Positions 1-7,773 are shown, numbered from the stretch's first letter. The stretch: 13,746 nucleotides of DNA from Promethearchaeota archaeon Loki_b31 (GCA_005222975.1 NJBI01000074.1:1-13746), one strand, 5' to 3'. Translations and numbers: made by a program. Notes: generated by a model not told the origin, from the sequence alone.

Positions 1-84
1 TTTTTGTTGTTTTTTACAAGTCTTATTGAATTTAAAGTTAAATGCTTAAAATTTTGAAGCTCATATAATAATTGTGGTAATCAG

Positions 85-600
85 ATGTCTAAACCTAGGG
101 TATTAAAAATTATTACAACTGGAGAAGGGGGCGTTGGTAAGACTACGCTTCTTCATCGTTATGTAGAGGGGATATTTTTAGCAGACACAAAAATGACGCT
201 AGGAGTTGAATTTTTTCTGAAAGAGATAGATTTAGACGGTAATAAAATTTTGTTACAAATATGGGATTTTGGGGGACAAGAAAGGTTTAGATTTCTCCTC
301 AAGAATTACGTAATGGGTGCAAAAGGAGCTTTATTTCTTTTCGATCTAACAAGGCCTTTTTCTTTAAATTGTATTGATGAGTGGGTTAAACTCTGTCGAA
401 CGGAAAATTTTAATTTGCCTATTCTTTTACTTGGCTCAAAAGCGGATTTGACAGATCTGATAACAATAAACGACATATATGTTTTGGAAATAAAGGAGTA
501 TTACGAGATGTTTGATTACTTGCAAATTTCAAGTAAAACGGGAGAAAATACAGATTTAGTGTTCGAATTATTAGCAAAAGAAATTATTAGAAAAATCTGA
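85..600 (+). CDS. Rab-like small GTPase (Ras superfamily, Asgard type)
   Basis: G1 GEGGVGKT, switch I TLGVEF, G3 LQIWDFGGQERFR, YVMGA/FLFDLT resembling RabF4/F5, G4 GSKAD, G5 ISSKTG; 171 aa; no C-terminal prenylation Cys. Confidence 0.93.
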   Translation: MSKPRVLKIITTGEGGVGKTTLLHRYVEGIFLADTKMTLGVEFFLKEIDLDGNKILLQIWDFGGQERFRFLLKNYVMGAKGALFLFDLTRPFSLNCIDEWVKLCRTENFNLPILLLGSKADLTDLITINDIYVLEIKEYYEMFDYLQISSKTGENTDLVFELLAKEIIRKI

Positions 601-630
601 AATTTTTCATGATTTTATTGTGTTGCTCTT

Positions 631-1818
631 TTATATACGATTTCGCACTATCTCCATTATATCTTCTCGTCTAAGTTGCACTGGATTATTTTTCAATCCT
701 GCCTTTTCTACAATTTTATCGACTTCTTTGATTGTAATACCATACTTTCCTAGACGATCGATGTTTAAATCATTTGTCCATTTTTCAAGAGCATCAATTA
801 ATATTGAACAATAGTAAGAAACATCAACATTTTCATACATTTCCTTACCAGCAAGTAAAACCCCAACCATGGCATATTTTAATAATCCCTTTTTACCAGC
901 ATCGCCAATCTTTTGTAATTGTGTGATGTTCATCTTTGTACTTTCTGCAAGAAGCGTTCCACACGCCACACCGTGAGGGATTTCAAATAATCCTCCTAAA
1001 GATGACGCTAATCCGTGAACAATGCCTAATCCTGCGTTTGCAAGGACAATCCCTGACATCAAAGAGCCGTACGCCATAGCAGATCTTACGCCTATATCCA
1101 AAGCGTGAGTACTACAAGCAGGTATTATTGCGTCTTTCACATATCTCATGCCCGTAAAAGCTAACGCGTCAGTGATAGGGCTTGCTCGAGGTGAAACATA
1201 GGCTTCTAGTAGTTGTGTAAAGGCATCCATTCCACAGGCAGCAGACACAGAAGAAGGACTAGATAATACAAGTTCGGGGTCGATAATAGCATAATTTGGG
1301 ATTAAATTATCGTGGCGAAGAGATTTCTTAAAACCTTCAGGGCCTACCTCTGAAATAACCGCATTTTTTGTTGCCTCACTACCGGTGCCCGATGTTGTAG
1401 GAACCGCAATATACGGTATTTTTTTTCCATCGTGTATTTTATTCCCAACACCCTCGAGGTAGTTCATAATTGAATCTTCTTTAGGAATCATTGCTGAAAT
1501 CGCTTTACCCGCATCGGTAACGCTTCCCCCACCAATTCCTACGACTAAATCTATGTTTTTTCTTTTATACTTCGCTACAGCTTCGTCAATAAGCGTTGGT
1601 GTAGGTTCTCCATAAACTGAAATTATCGAAATATTTATCGAGTTCTTTTCCATCGCATTCACAATCTCGTCCCATTTACCCGATTCCTTAAGCGACTTTC
1701 CTCCGATTACATAAAGAACATTTTTTCCGAATTTTGGTACTATGTTATATAGTTCATTTAACTTTCTGGCACCAAAAATTATATGCGGGATACTTGTAAA
1801 TTTAAAAGTTAAAACCAT
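631..1818 (-). CDS. Iron-containing (type III) alcohol dehydrogenase family protein
   Basis: GEPT, GIGGGSVTDAGKA, VPTTSGTGSEATKNAVI, AIIDPEL, DAFTQLLEAY, GIVHGLA, IPHG motifs; 395 aa. Confidence 0.93.
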   Translation of the reverse strand: MVLTFKFTSIPHIIFGARKLNELYNIVPKFGKNVLYVIGGKSLKESGKWDEIVNAMEKNSINISIISVYGEPTPTLIDEAVAKYKRKNIDLVVGIGGGSVTDAGKAISAMIPKEDSIMNYLEGVGNKIHDGKKIPYIAVPTTSGTGSEATKNAVISEVGPEGFKKSLRHDNLIPNYAIIDPELVLSSPSSVSAACGMDAFTQLLEAYVSPRASPITDALAFTGMRYVKDAIIPACSTHALDIGVRSAMAYGSLMSGIVLANAGLGIVHGLASSLGGLFEIPHGVACGTLLAESTKMNITQLQKIGDAGKKGLLKYAMVGVLLAGKEMYENVDVSYYCSILIDALEKWTNDLNIDRLGKYGITIKEVDKIVEKAGLKNNPVQLRREDIMEIVRNRI

Positions 1819-1910
1819 ATCATTTACCTACTAAAAGTAAATATAATAAAATTTTTAACTTAATTTAATTTTGATAATTTGATTTATAATAAAAGAATTA
1901 GTGATAAAAA

Positions 1911-2246
1911 ATTAAACGCGTTAACGAAAACGACTTTAAGTATAGAGAAGGAGATTCTGGCGTAAAATATTTAATGCGCGGGCCTAGCATTGATTGGGGT
2001 TTAATTTTGCTTAAACCAGGCGAATCTATGGCCGAAAAATCTCATGGACATAACTTTATTGACGAAACTTTCTATTTTGTTGACGGTAATGGCATTATGA
2101 TTATAGACGATAAAGAATACGACGCTCCAGAAGGAAGCGTATTCTTAATTGAACCAAAAGAAATGCATAATATTCGTAATAATTCTGATAAAAGTGTAAA
2201 AATAGTATTTATTAAAGGAGAATATAAACCTGAAGATAAGTTTTAA
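1911..2246 (+). CDS. Cupin (Cupin_2-like) metal-binding protein; start probably ATT at 1911 rather than ATG at 1974
   Basis: Cupin motif 1 PGESMAEKSHGHNFIDETFYFVDGNG and motif 2 GSVFLIEPKEMHNIRN (3 His + Glu). The frame is open upstream of ATG 1974 to TAA 1905-1907 and reads (I)KRVNENDFKYREGDSGVKYLMRGP. Start position uncertain. Confidence 0.85.
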   Translation: MKRVNENDFKYREGDSGVKYLMRGPSIDWGLILLKPGESMAEKSHGHNFIDETFYFVDGNGIMIIDDKEYDAPEGSVFLIEPKEMHNIRNNSDKSVKIVFIKGEYKPEDKF

Positions 2247-2278
2247 TTTTATAAATTGAAAATAAAAGGTAAAAAATT

Positions 2279-2659
2279 GTGGCTAAAAAAAAACAAGCGA
2301 AGAGGGGGAAGAGTAGAGGTCCTTATATACCCCCCGTAATTACGCGCGTAAAATTCCCAAATACCAGAATTGGAGAAATGTTTGCTAGAGTTGTTGATAT
2401 ATATGGTAGTGAACGAATGGGCGTATTTTGTCAAGATGGTCAACATAGAATAGGCAGAATTCGTGGTAAAATTAAAAAAAGGGTATGGATAAGAAAAGGT
2501 GATTTGATAGTAATATCTCCATGGGATTGGGAAACGAAAGTAGAAGGTAAGTTGGGTAAATGTGAAATTACTTGGCGATATACTAATGCTGAAATTTCTT
2601 GGCTTGATCGAAACAAAAGAATTCCAGAAATATTAGATATAAATAATATTCCTTTTTAA
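2279..2659 (+). CDS. eif1a: Translation initiation factor aIF-1A (eIF-1A)
   Basis: OB-fold signature GEMFARVVDIYG..RMGVFCQDG..RIGRIRGKIKKRVWIRKGDLIVISPWDW..KCEITWRYT..EISWL; basic N-terminal tail; GTG start. Confidence 0.95.
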   Translation: MAKKKQAKRGKSRGPYIPPVITRVKFPNTRIGEMFARVVDIYGSERMGVFCQDGQHRIGRIRGKIKKRVWIRKGDLIVISPWDWETKVEGKLGKCEITWRYTNAEISWLDRNKRIPEILDINNIPF

Positions 2660-2840
2660 AAGTTCAAAATATCTTTAATTGTTTGTAATAGGCAGAATTT
2701 TACGCTTATTTTTAAAATCTCTTTAAAAAGCAAAATTTTTTAATTTAGAATTTCCTTTAGATCATAAACTTCTTTTCTAAGAAATTGTTATTTAAACATC
2801 TTAAATTTGGATAATTTAAATAAGGAAAAAGTGAAAAGGA

Positions 2841-3605
2841 ATGGTGGATCAAGAGGATATTGTAAAAGAGAGTGAAAAGGAAGAAGCAGATTTAGAAGAT
2901 AACTTAATTATTATCGAGAAAGAAGAAGATCAAGAACCTTCTACTACTCTCTTTGCTGTAAGGACTACAATTAATCAAGAAAGCAATATTTTAAAACAAA
3001 TTTTCTACAGATTTAAAATCTTAGATATTGTTCCTGATATTAGGGCAATGCTCGTATCCCCTTTATTACCAGGCTATGTGTTCTTTGAAGCGCCCCAGAA
3101 GAGGGCTGTCCAAATTGCAGTACAAGGTATACCTCATATAAAAGGAAGGATCGTTCAAAATATTGAATTAGTCGAGTTAAAACACGTACTACTCCCAAGG
3201 AGTGTTACCGAATATTTAGAATCGGGCGATACTGTTGAAATTATAAGTGGTGTATTTGAAGGCTCCAGAGCTATTGTAATGCGTATGCCACACGATACAT
3301 CAAGCAGTGAGGAAGTGGTAGTGCGCCTTCTACAAGAAGAAACACCTATAACAATTAAAATTCATGGAGACTATCTTAAACTTGTTGGAAAGAAAAAGCG
3401 CAAAGAAGAACCAATCCCTGAAATAAAAATTAGCGAGGAAGAAATAACTACGGACTTAGATAAAGCCATAAGTTTTGACGACGATTATGATGAGTACGAA
3501 GAAGAATCAACTGAAGGGACTAAGGCAAAAAAAGCTGAAGAATTTCGTGAAGAAGAAGACGAATTCGAAGACGACGACGAATGGGCTAAATTTGATGGAT
3601 TCTAA
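2841..3605 (+). CDS. spt5: Transcription elongation factor Spt5 (NusG family; NGN + KOW) with acidic N- and C-terminal extensions
   Basis: NGN: LFAVRTTINQE..LPGYVFFEA..AVQGIPHIKG; KOW: GDTVEIISGVFEGSRAIV..EEVVVRL..PITIKIHGDYLKLV. Confidence 0.9.
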   Translation: MVDQEDIVKESEKEEADLEDNLIIIEKEEDQEPSTTLFAVRTTINQESNILKQIFYRFKILDIVPDIRAMLVSPLLPGYVFFEAPQKRAVQIAVQGIPHIKGRIVQNIELVELKHVLLPRSVTEYLESGDTVEIISGVFEGSRAIVMRMPHDTSSSEEVVVRLLQEETPITIKIHGDYLKLVGKKKRKEEPIPEIKISEEEITTDLDKAISFDDDYDEYEEESTEGTKAKKAEEFREEEDEFEDDDEWAKFDGF

Positions 3606-3606
3606 A

Positions 3607-3620
3607 TTTTTTCTTTTCTC
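3607..3620 (+). terminator. Pyrimidine/T-rich terminator after spt5
   Basis: TTTTTTCTTTTCTC immediately after stop. Confidence 0.4.
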
Positions 3621-3679
3621 GAATAAAAAATAAAAATCTTAATTTGGGCTTATCAAAATTTAGTTAAATTGTTAAACTA

Positions 3680-3714
3680 ACATTTTCATCAAATTAAATT
3701 TTTGATAAAAATGT
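3680..3714. repeat. Intergenic inverted repeat (14-nt arms, 1 mismatch, 7-nt spacer)
   Basis: ACATTTTCATCAAA (3680-3693) / TTTGATAAAAATGT (3701-3714). Confidence 0.55.
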
Positions 3715-3835
3715 GTAATTATATTGCGTTAATGTTATAAGAACGAACTATACAAGAATTTTTAAACTTAGACTATTATTAAAAAAGTATAAAATCTGTA
3801 TTATTTAGTAAAATAAATTTAATTTTTGAACTTGC

Positions 3836-4579
3836 ATGATAAAAAATATCTTCATTATGAAATCTACAGGGGAACTAATCTTTTATAAAACATATGAAGA
3901 TATTTTTAACATTAAACTGACAAGTAGCTTTTTAAGTGCGATTTTTTCTTTTGTTAAACAAACTCTGAAAACTAAGGAGCTATCTGAAATAGAGGTCGGA
4001 CCGTTTAGATTTATTTTTGAGGTTGAAAAAGCTGACTCAAGTGAATTAATGTTCGCTTTATTTAGCGATAGAACCGATAACCTCGTCGAATTAAGGAATC
4101 AATTGAGAGAAATTAAAAGCGAATTCCTAAACGAGTTTGATTTGCAGCTGCTTACTGAGAATTTTGATGGCGAAATTTCAAAATACCAAAACTTTGAAAA
4201 AAATGTTGATGAGATCATTGAAAGCAAAAAGCTAGTTTCGGAAGAAATTCAAAAGGAATTAATTGAAGTTTTTAAAGAACTCCATACTTTCTCGTCTTTC
4301 GTCATATCTTCTGCATTACTAACTCAGACAGGAAGAGTAATTGTCTCTTACCTTAATTCTAACGTATTATCTGAAATTATAAGGCTACTAGAAAGCCGAT
4401 TTATTATTGGAAATTCTAGAATACACGAATTAATTTCTCTCGAAGATTACGGGATTTTATCTTTAGTTGGGATTGAAAATTTTATTACCGTTATTCAATT
4501 CAAGAAGAACTGCCCTTTTGAAACCGCGTTAATAATTTCTAAGAAATTTTCTAACAGATTAAAAAAAATAATAATGTAA
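3836..4579 (+). CDS. Longin-like domain fused to a Roadblock/LC7-like domain (eukaryotic signature-type protein)
   Basis: N-terminal ~130 aa: IKNIFIMKSTGELIFYKTY..LTSSFLSAIFSF..LSEIEVG..LREIKSEFLNEF..FDGEISKYQNFEKNVDEII (longin pattern). C-terminal ~110 aa: helix, VISSALLTQTGRVIVS, helix, beta strands, terminal helix (roadblock pattern). Confidence 0.7.
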   Translation: MIKNIFIMKSTGELIFYKTYEDIFNIKLTSSFLSAIFSFVKQTLKTKELSEIEVGPFRFIFEVEKADSSELMFALFSDRTDNLVELRNQLREIKSEFLNEFDLQLLTENFDGEISKYQNFEKNVDEIIESKKLVSEEIQKELIEVFKELHTFSSFVISSALLTQTGRVIVSYLNSNVLSEIIRLLESRFIIGNSRIHELISLEDYGILSLVGIENFITVIQFKKNCPFETALIISKKFSNRLKKIIM

Positions 4580-4717
4580 AAGTATCGAATATGCTTATTA
4601 TTTATTCGAATGTTCATGTTCCAATCATTTTATTATTAAATTTGGAAATAGTAAGATAAAAATTATCAACCATTTTTCTCAAAATGAACCCTAAAATTAC
4701 AATTTCTAGTAAATAAA

Positions 4718-4747
4718 TTAAAAAGATACATCACCTTCTTCATAGTA
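4718..4747 (+). promoter_or_regulatory. Putative promoter of ACAD 1 (TTAAAAAG TATA-like box ... TAGTA)
   Basis: TTAAAAAG at 4718 and TAGTA at 4743; same 25-nt offset as upstream of ACAD 2. Confidence 0.5.
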
Positions 4748-4799
4748 GAATATATTTAACATAAAATTATAAAATTGTCAAAAAGTGGTAGTTAAAATT

Positions 4800-6104
4800 A
4801 TGGAAAACGAAAAAAAAACCAAATTTATTCACCAAGCCATTAGTGACGAGATTCTTGAGAAGTTAAGCCTTAAGAATCGATATTCTTTCTTGAATACTAA
4901 TTTAATGACTATTTTAGACCAAAAGCATATGAACTTTCTTAGGAAAGCTCAAAAGTTTTGTATTCGCTATGAAAAAAAGAATAACATCACTCATGCCCCA
5001 GACGAAGAATTTTATCATTGGATCCCCGATTTTGGAAAAGAAGGGTTAATTTCACGCGCTCATCCTTACGAAGAAATTGACTTAAATTTTCCAGACAATG
5101 GATTAGCCATAGAATTAATGAGATGTTTAGCCTTAAGTTTCTTTGACCCTCAGTTTTCTATGGCAGGGGGGGCTACAATACTGGCTATTAATCCAATCTA
5201 TTATCATCACGAAAATATACCTATTAGATTAGAAATCTTAAAGAAATTTGTCACCGGTGAAACGCCTGGAGCGATTTTAATTACAGAACCTGAGCGAGGT
5301 TCCGATGCAATTCATATGTTGACCACATGCGACGAACAAGAAGATGGATCTTTTCTTCTTAACGGAGAAAAGATTTTTAGTACTAATGGACCTAAAGCGG
5401 GGTATGTCGTTGCTTACGCTACAGCAGAGAAAAACAACGGGAACACGATGGCTCAGTTCCTAATCGATACCTCTTGGGAGGGTTGGAACTGCGATCGCGT
5501 TATGATCCCTTGGGTTCCAAAAGTGTGGATTGGTCACGAACACTTTACAAATCTTAGAGTGCCTAAAGATTACATTTTAGGAGGAGTGGGAAAAGGACGC
5601 GAGCATTTATTTGAAGGGTTAGTACCTGAAAGGATAGGTATCGCACTCGATGCTACATCGCAATCTTGGAACGCAATAGCTCATGCGGCCATATATGTTA
5701 ACAACAGAAAGCAGTTCGATCAAATGGTTCTAAAATTCCAAGGAGTAGGATTTCTTTTAACTGATCTTTGGGCAAGATTATCAAATGTTACTCAGGGGTT
5801 GCTGAGGTTTTGTGAAAAATACGACGAGAAGGTTGAACAGTTTGGAGGAGATCTTCCAAAAAACCTTGCTCAAGCTATGGTAGCTGGGGCAAGCATGTAT
5901 AAATATCATACATGTGCTCTTTCGAAAGAAATTTGCTACGAAGCCGCAAATCTTATGGGAGGGGCGGGTTTATGCGATAACACTTTGATGCATGACTTAT
6001 TAAACATCTCCAGAATTCAAGAGATCGTAGGTGGCAGCCGGCAAATACAAAATTACATTCTAAGCATGGCGTTACGCCAAATTTACAAGATGTCGGGCAT
6101 ATAG
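4800..6104 (+). CDS. Acyl-CoA dehydrogenase paralogue 1
   Basis: ITEPERGSD, LNGEKIFSTNG, GLVPERI, RKQFDQ..KFQGV, MGGAG, EIVGGSRQIQ. Start placed at ATG 4800 rather than GTG 4785 because this gives 434 aa, colinear with paralogue 2 (MENEKKTKF vs MEEEKKTRF). Confidence 0.93.
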   Translation: MENEKKTKFIHQAISDEILEKLSLKNRYSFLNTNLMTILDQKHMNFLRKAQKFCIRYEKKNNITHAPDEEFYHWIPDFGKEGLISRAHPYEEIDLNFPDNGLAIELMRCLALSFFDPQFSMAGGATILAINPIYYHHENIPIRLEILKKFVTGETPGAILITEPERGSDAIHMLTTCDEQEDGSFLLNGEKIFSTNGPKAGYVVAYATAEKNNGNTMAQFLIDTSWEGWNCDRVMIPWVPKVWIGHEHFTNLRVPKDYILGGVGKGREHLFEGLVPERIGIALDATSQSWNAIAHAAIYVNNRKQFDQMVLKFQGVGFLLTDLWARLSNVTQGLLRFCEKYDEKVEQFGGDLPKNLAQAMVAGASMYKYHTCALSKEICYEAANLMGGAGLCDNTLMHDLLNISRIQEIVGGSRQIQNYILSMALRQIYKMSGI

Positions 6105-6127
6105 AACATTAAATTGTCTACATTCTC

Positions 6128-6142
6128 TTTTTTTTTTTTTTT
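6128..6142 (+). terminator. Oligo-T terminator after ACAD 1
   Basis: T15 run ~24 nt after stop; archaeal termination occurs at oligo-U tracts. Confidence 0.6.
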
Positions 6143-6205
6143 GACGCGAAAATAAGCAATTAATTATCAATATGTCTATTGTTAATACATATTCAATAAA
6201 AAAAG

Positions 6206-6235
6206 TTAAAAAGTCAAATCATATTTTTCCTAGTA
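6206..6235 (+). promoter_or_regulatory. Putative promoter of ACAD 2 (TTAAAAAG ... TAGTA)
   Basis: TTAAAAAG at 6206 preceded by a purine run (BRE-like); TAGTA at 6231. Confidence 0.5.
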
Positions 6236-6288
6236 ATACTATTTCTCTTTTAAATTTTAAATAGATTAAAAAATTCGGAGTTAGAAAA

Positions 6289-7593
6289 ATGGAAGAAGAA
6301 AAAAAAACTAGGTTTATGACTCAAGCTATAAATGACGAAATCCTTGAAAAGTTAAGCTTAAAAAACAGATATTCGTTTTTAAACACGAACTTAACGGCTA
6401 TTTTGGAACCAAAGGAATTTAATTTTCTAAAAAAAGCTCAAAAATTCTGTATGCGTTTCGAAAAGAAAAATAATATTACTCACGGTCCTGACGAAGATGT
6501 TTACGATTGGATCCCAGCATTTGGGGCCGAGGGTTTCCTAACAAGAGCTCACAGTTTCGAAATGATTGATATTAGTTACCCTGATTATGGTGCAACCACG
6601 GAATTAATGAGATGTTTAGCCGTAGACTTTTTTGATCCCCAATTTTCGTTAGCTGGGGGTGCAACCGTGTTAGCTATCAACCCTATTTACGAACATCACG
6701 AAAATATACCTATTAGATTAGAAATCTTAAAAAAATTTGTGACAGGCGAAACGCCAGGAGCAATATTAATCACCGAACCAGAAAGGGGCTCGGATGCAGT
6801 TCATATGTTGACCACGTGCGACGAGCAACCTGACGGATCTTTTCTTCTTAACGGAGAAAAGATTTATAACACGAATGCACCTAAAGCGGGATACGTCGTT
6901 GCTTACGCTACCGCAGAGAAAAACAACGGGAACACGATGGCCCAGTTCTTAATCGATACATCGTGGGACGGCTGGAACTGTGAACGCGTTTTCATACCAT
7001 ATGTGCCAAAAGTGTGGCTAGGTAAGGAAAGGTTCGATAACCTTAGAGTATCAAAGGATTACGTGTTAGGGGGCGTAGGAAAGGGACGAGAACATCTTTT
7101 TGAGGGTTTGGTTCCGGAAAGAATAGGAATTGCAATCGATTGCATAGCCCAGTGTTGGAACGCTGTTGCTCATGCGGCAATATATGTAAATAACAGAAAG
7201 CAATTCGATCAAATGATTTTGAAGTTTCAAGGAGTAGGTTTTCTATTGACCGATCTATGGGCAAGATTAACTAACGTCACGCTAGGCCTTTTAATGTTTT
7301 GTAAAAATTATGATAGTAAGATGGAAAAGTTTGGAGGAGAACTACCTAGAAACATTTCACAAGCTTTAATAGCTTCTGCTAGTCAGTTCAAGTATCACGC
7401 TGCTAAACTTTCAGCAGAAATTTGTTATGAAAGTGCAAATCTTATGGGCGGTGCTGGACTATGCGATAACACTCTAATGCAAGATTTATTAAACATGTCT
7501 AGAATCGCTGAAATCGTTGGAGGAAGCAGACAAATCCAAAATTATGTCATGTCAATGGCCATGAGACAACTTTACAAGATGTCGGGCATTTAA
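6289..7593 (+). CDS. Acyl-CoA dehydrogenase paralogue 2
   Basis: Same ACAD motifs; 434 aa; gap-free colinear with paralogue 1 (offset 1489 nt); GGAG upstream of ATG. Confidence 0.94.
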   Translation: MEEEKKTRFMTQAINDEILEKLSLKNRYSFLNTNLTAILEPKEFNFLKKAQKFCMRFEKKNNITHGPDEDVYDWIPAFGAEGFLTRAHSFEMIDISYPDYGATTELMRCLAVDFFDPQFSLAGGATVLAINPIYEHHENIPIRLEILKKFVTGETPGAILITEPERGSDAVHMLTTCDEQPDGSFLLNGEKIYNTNAPKAGYVVAYATAEKNNGNTMAQFLIDTSWDGWNCERVFIPYVPKVWLGKERFDNLRVSKDYVLGGVGKGREHLFEGLVPERIGIAIDCIAQCWNAVAHAAIYVNNRKQFDQMILKFQGVGFLLTDLWARLTNVTLGLLMFCKNYDSKMEKFGGELPRNISQALIASASQFKYHAAKLSAEICYESANLMGGAGLCDNTLMQDLLNMSRIAEIVGGSRQIQNYVMSMAMRQLYKMSGI

Positions 7594-7619
7594 AACATCC
7601 AATTTCTTCATATTTCTCA

Positions 7620-7636
7620 TTTTTTTTTTTATTTTT
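7620..7636 (+). terminator. Oligo-T terminator after ACAD 2
   Basis: T11-A-T5 ~27 nt after stop, homologous position to the tract after ACAD 1. Confidence 0.6.
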
Positions 7637-7647
7637 GATAAAAATAG

Positions 7648-7663
7648 AGCACCTAAACGAGCT
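7648..7663 (+). repeat. Direct repeat copy 1 (AGCACCTAAACGAGCT), upstream of MFS gene
   Basis: Exact 16-nt match to 8974-8989, within a ~50-nt imperfect repeat. Confidence 0.9.
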
Positions 7664-7773
7664 AATTTTAAAATAAAAGAAAAAGGTCCAAAAAAAATAC
7701 ATTGTTTTGGTAATATTCTTTTAGTAGAACAATTTGATTTTCTTCAATGGTTTAAAAAAATATTGATAAATTC

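Noticed and set aside
598-630. Selenocysteine readthrough of the GTPase TGA stop
   Set aside because: The GTPase fold is complete at this stop, another in-frame TGA follows within a few codons, and no SECIS-like structure was noticed
620-814. 64-aa + strand ORF
   Set aside because: Antisense shadow of the Fe-ADH gene; no recognisable motif
2249-2446. 65-aa - strand ORF
   Set aside because: Antisense to aIF-1A; no support
2630-2659. aIF-1A C-terminus DINNIPF resembles the bacterial SSB tail (DDIPF)
   Set aside because: Lacks the acidic residues and the match is too short; likely coincidence
4785-4799. GTG start for ACAD 1 given in the ORF track
   Set aside because: ATG 4800 gives exact colinearity with paralogue 2; the GTGGT segment is more likely part of the ribosome-binding region
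7043-7264. 73-aa - strand ORF
   Set aside because: Antisense within ACAD 2; no recognisable motif
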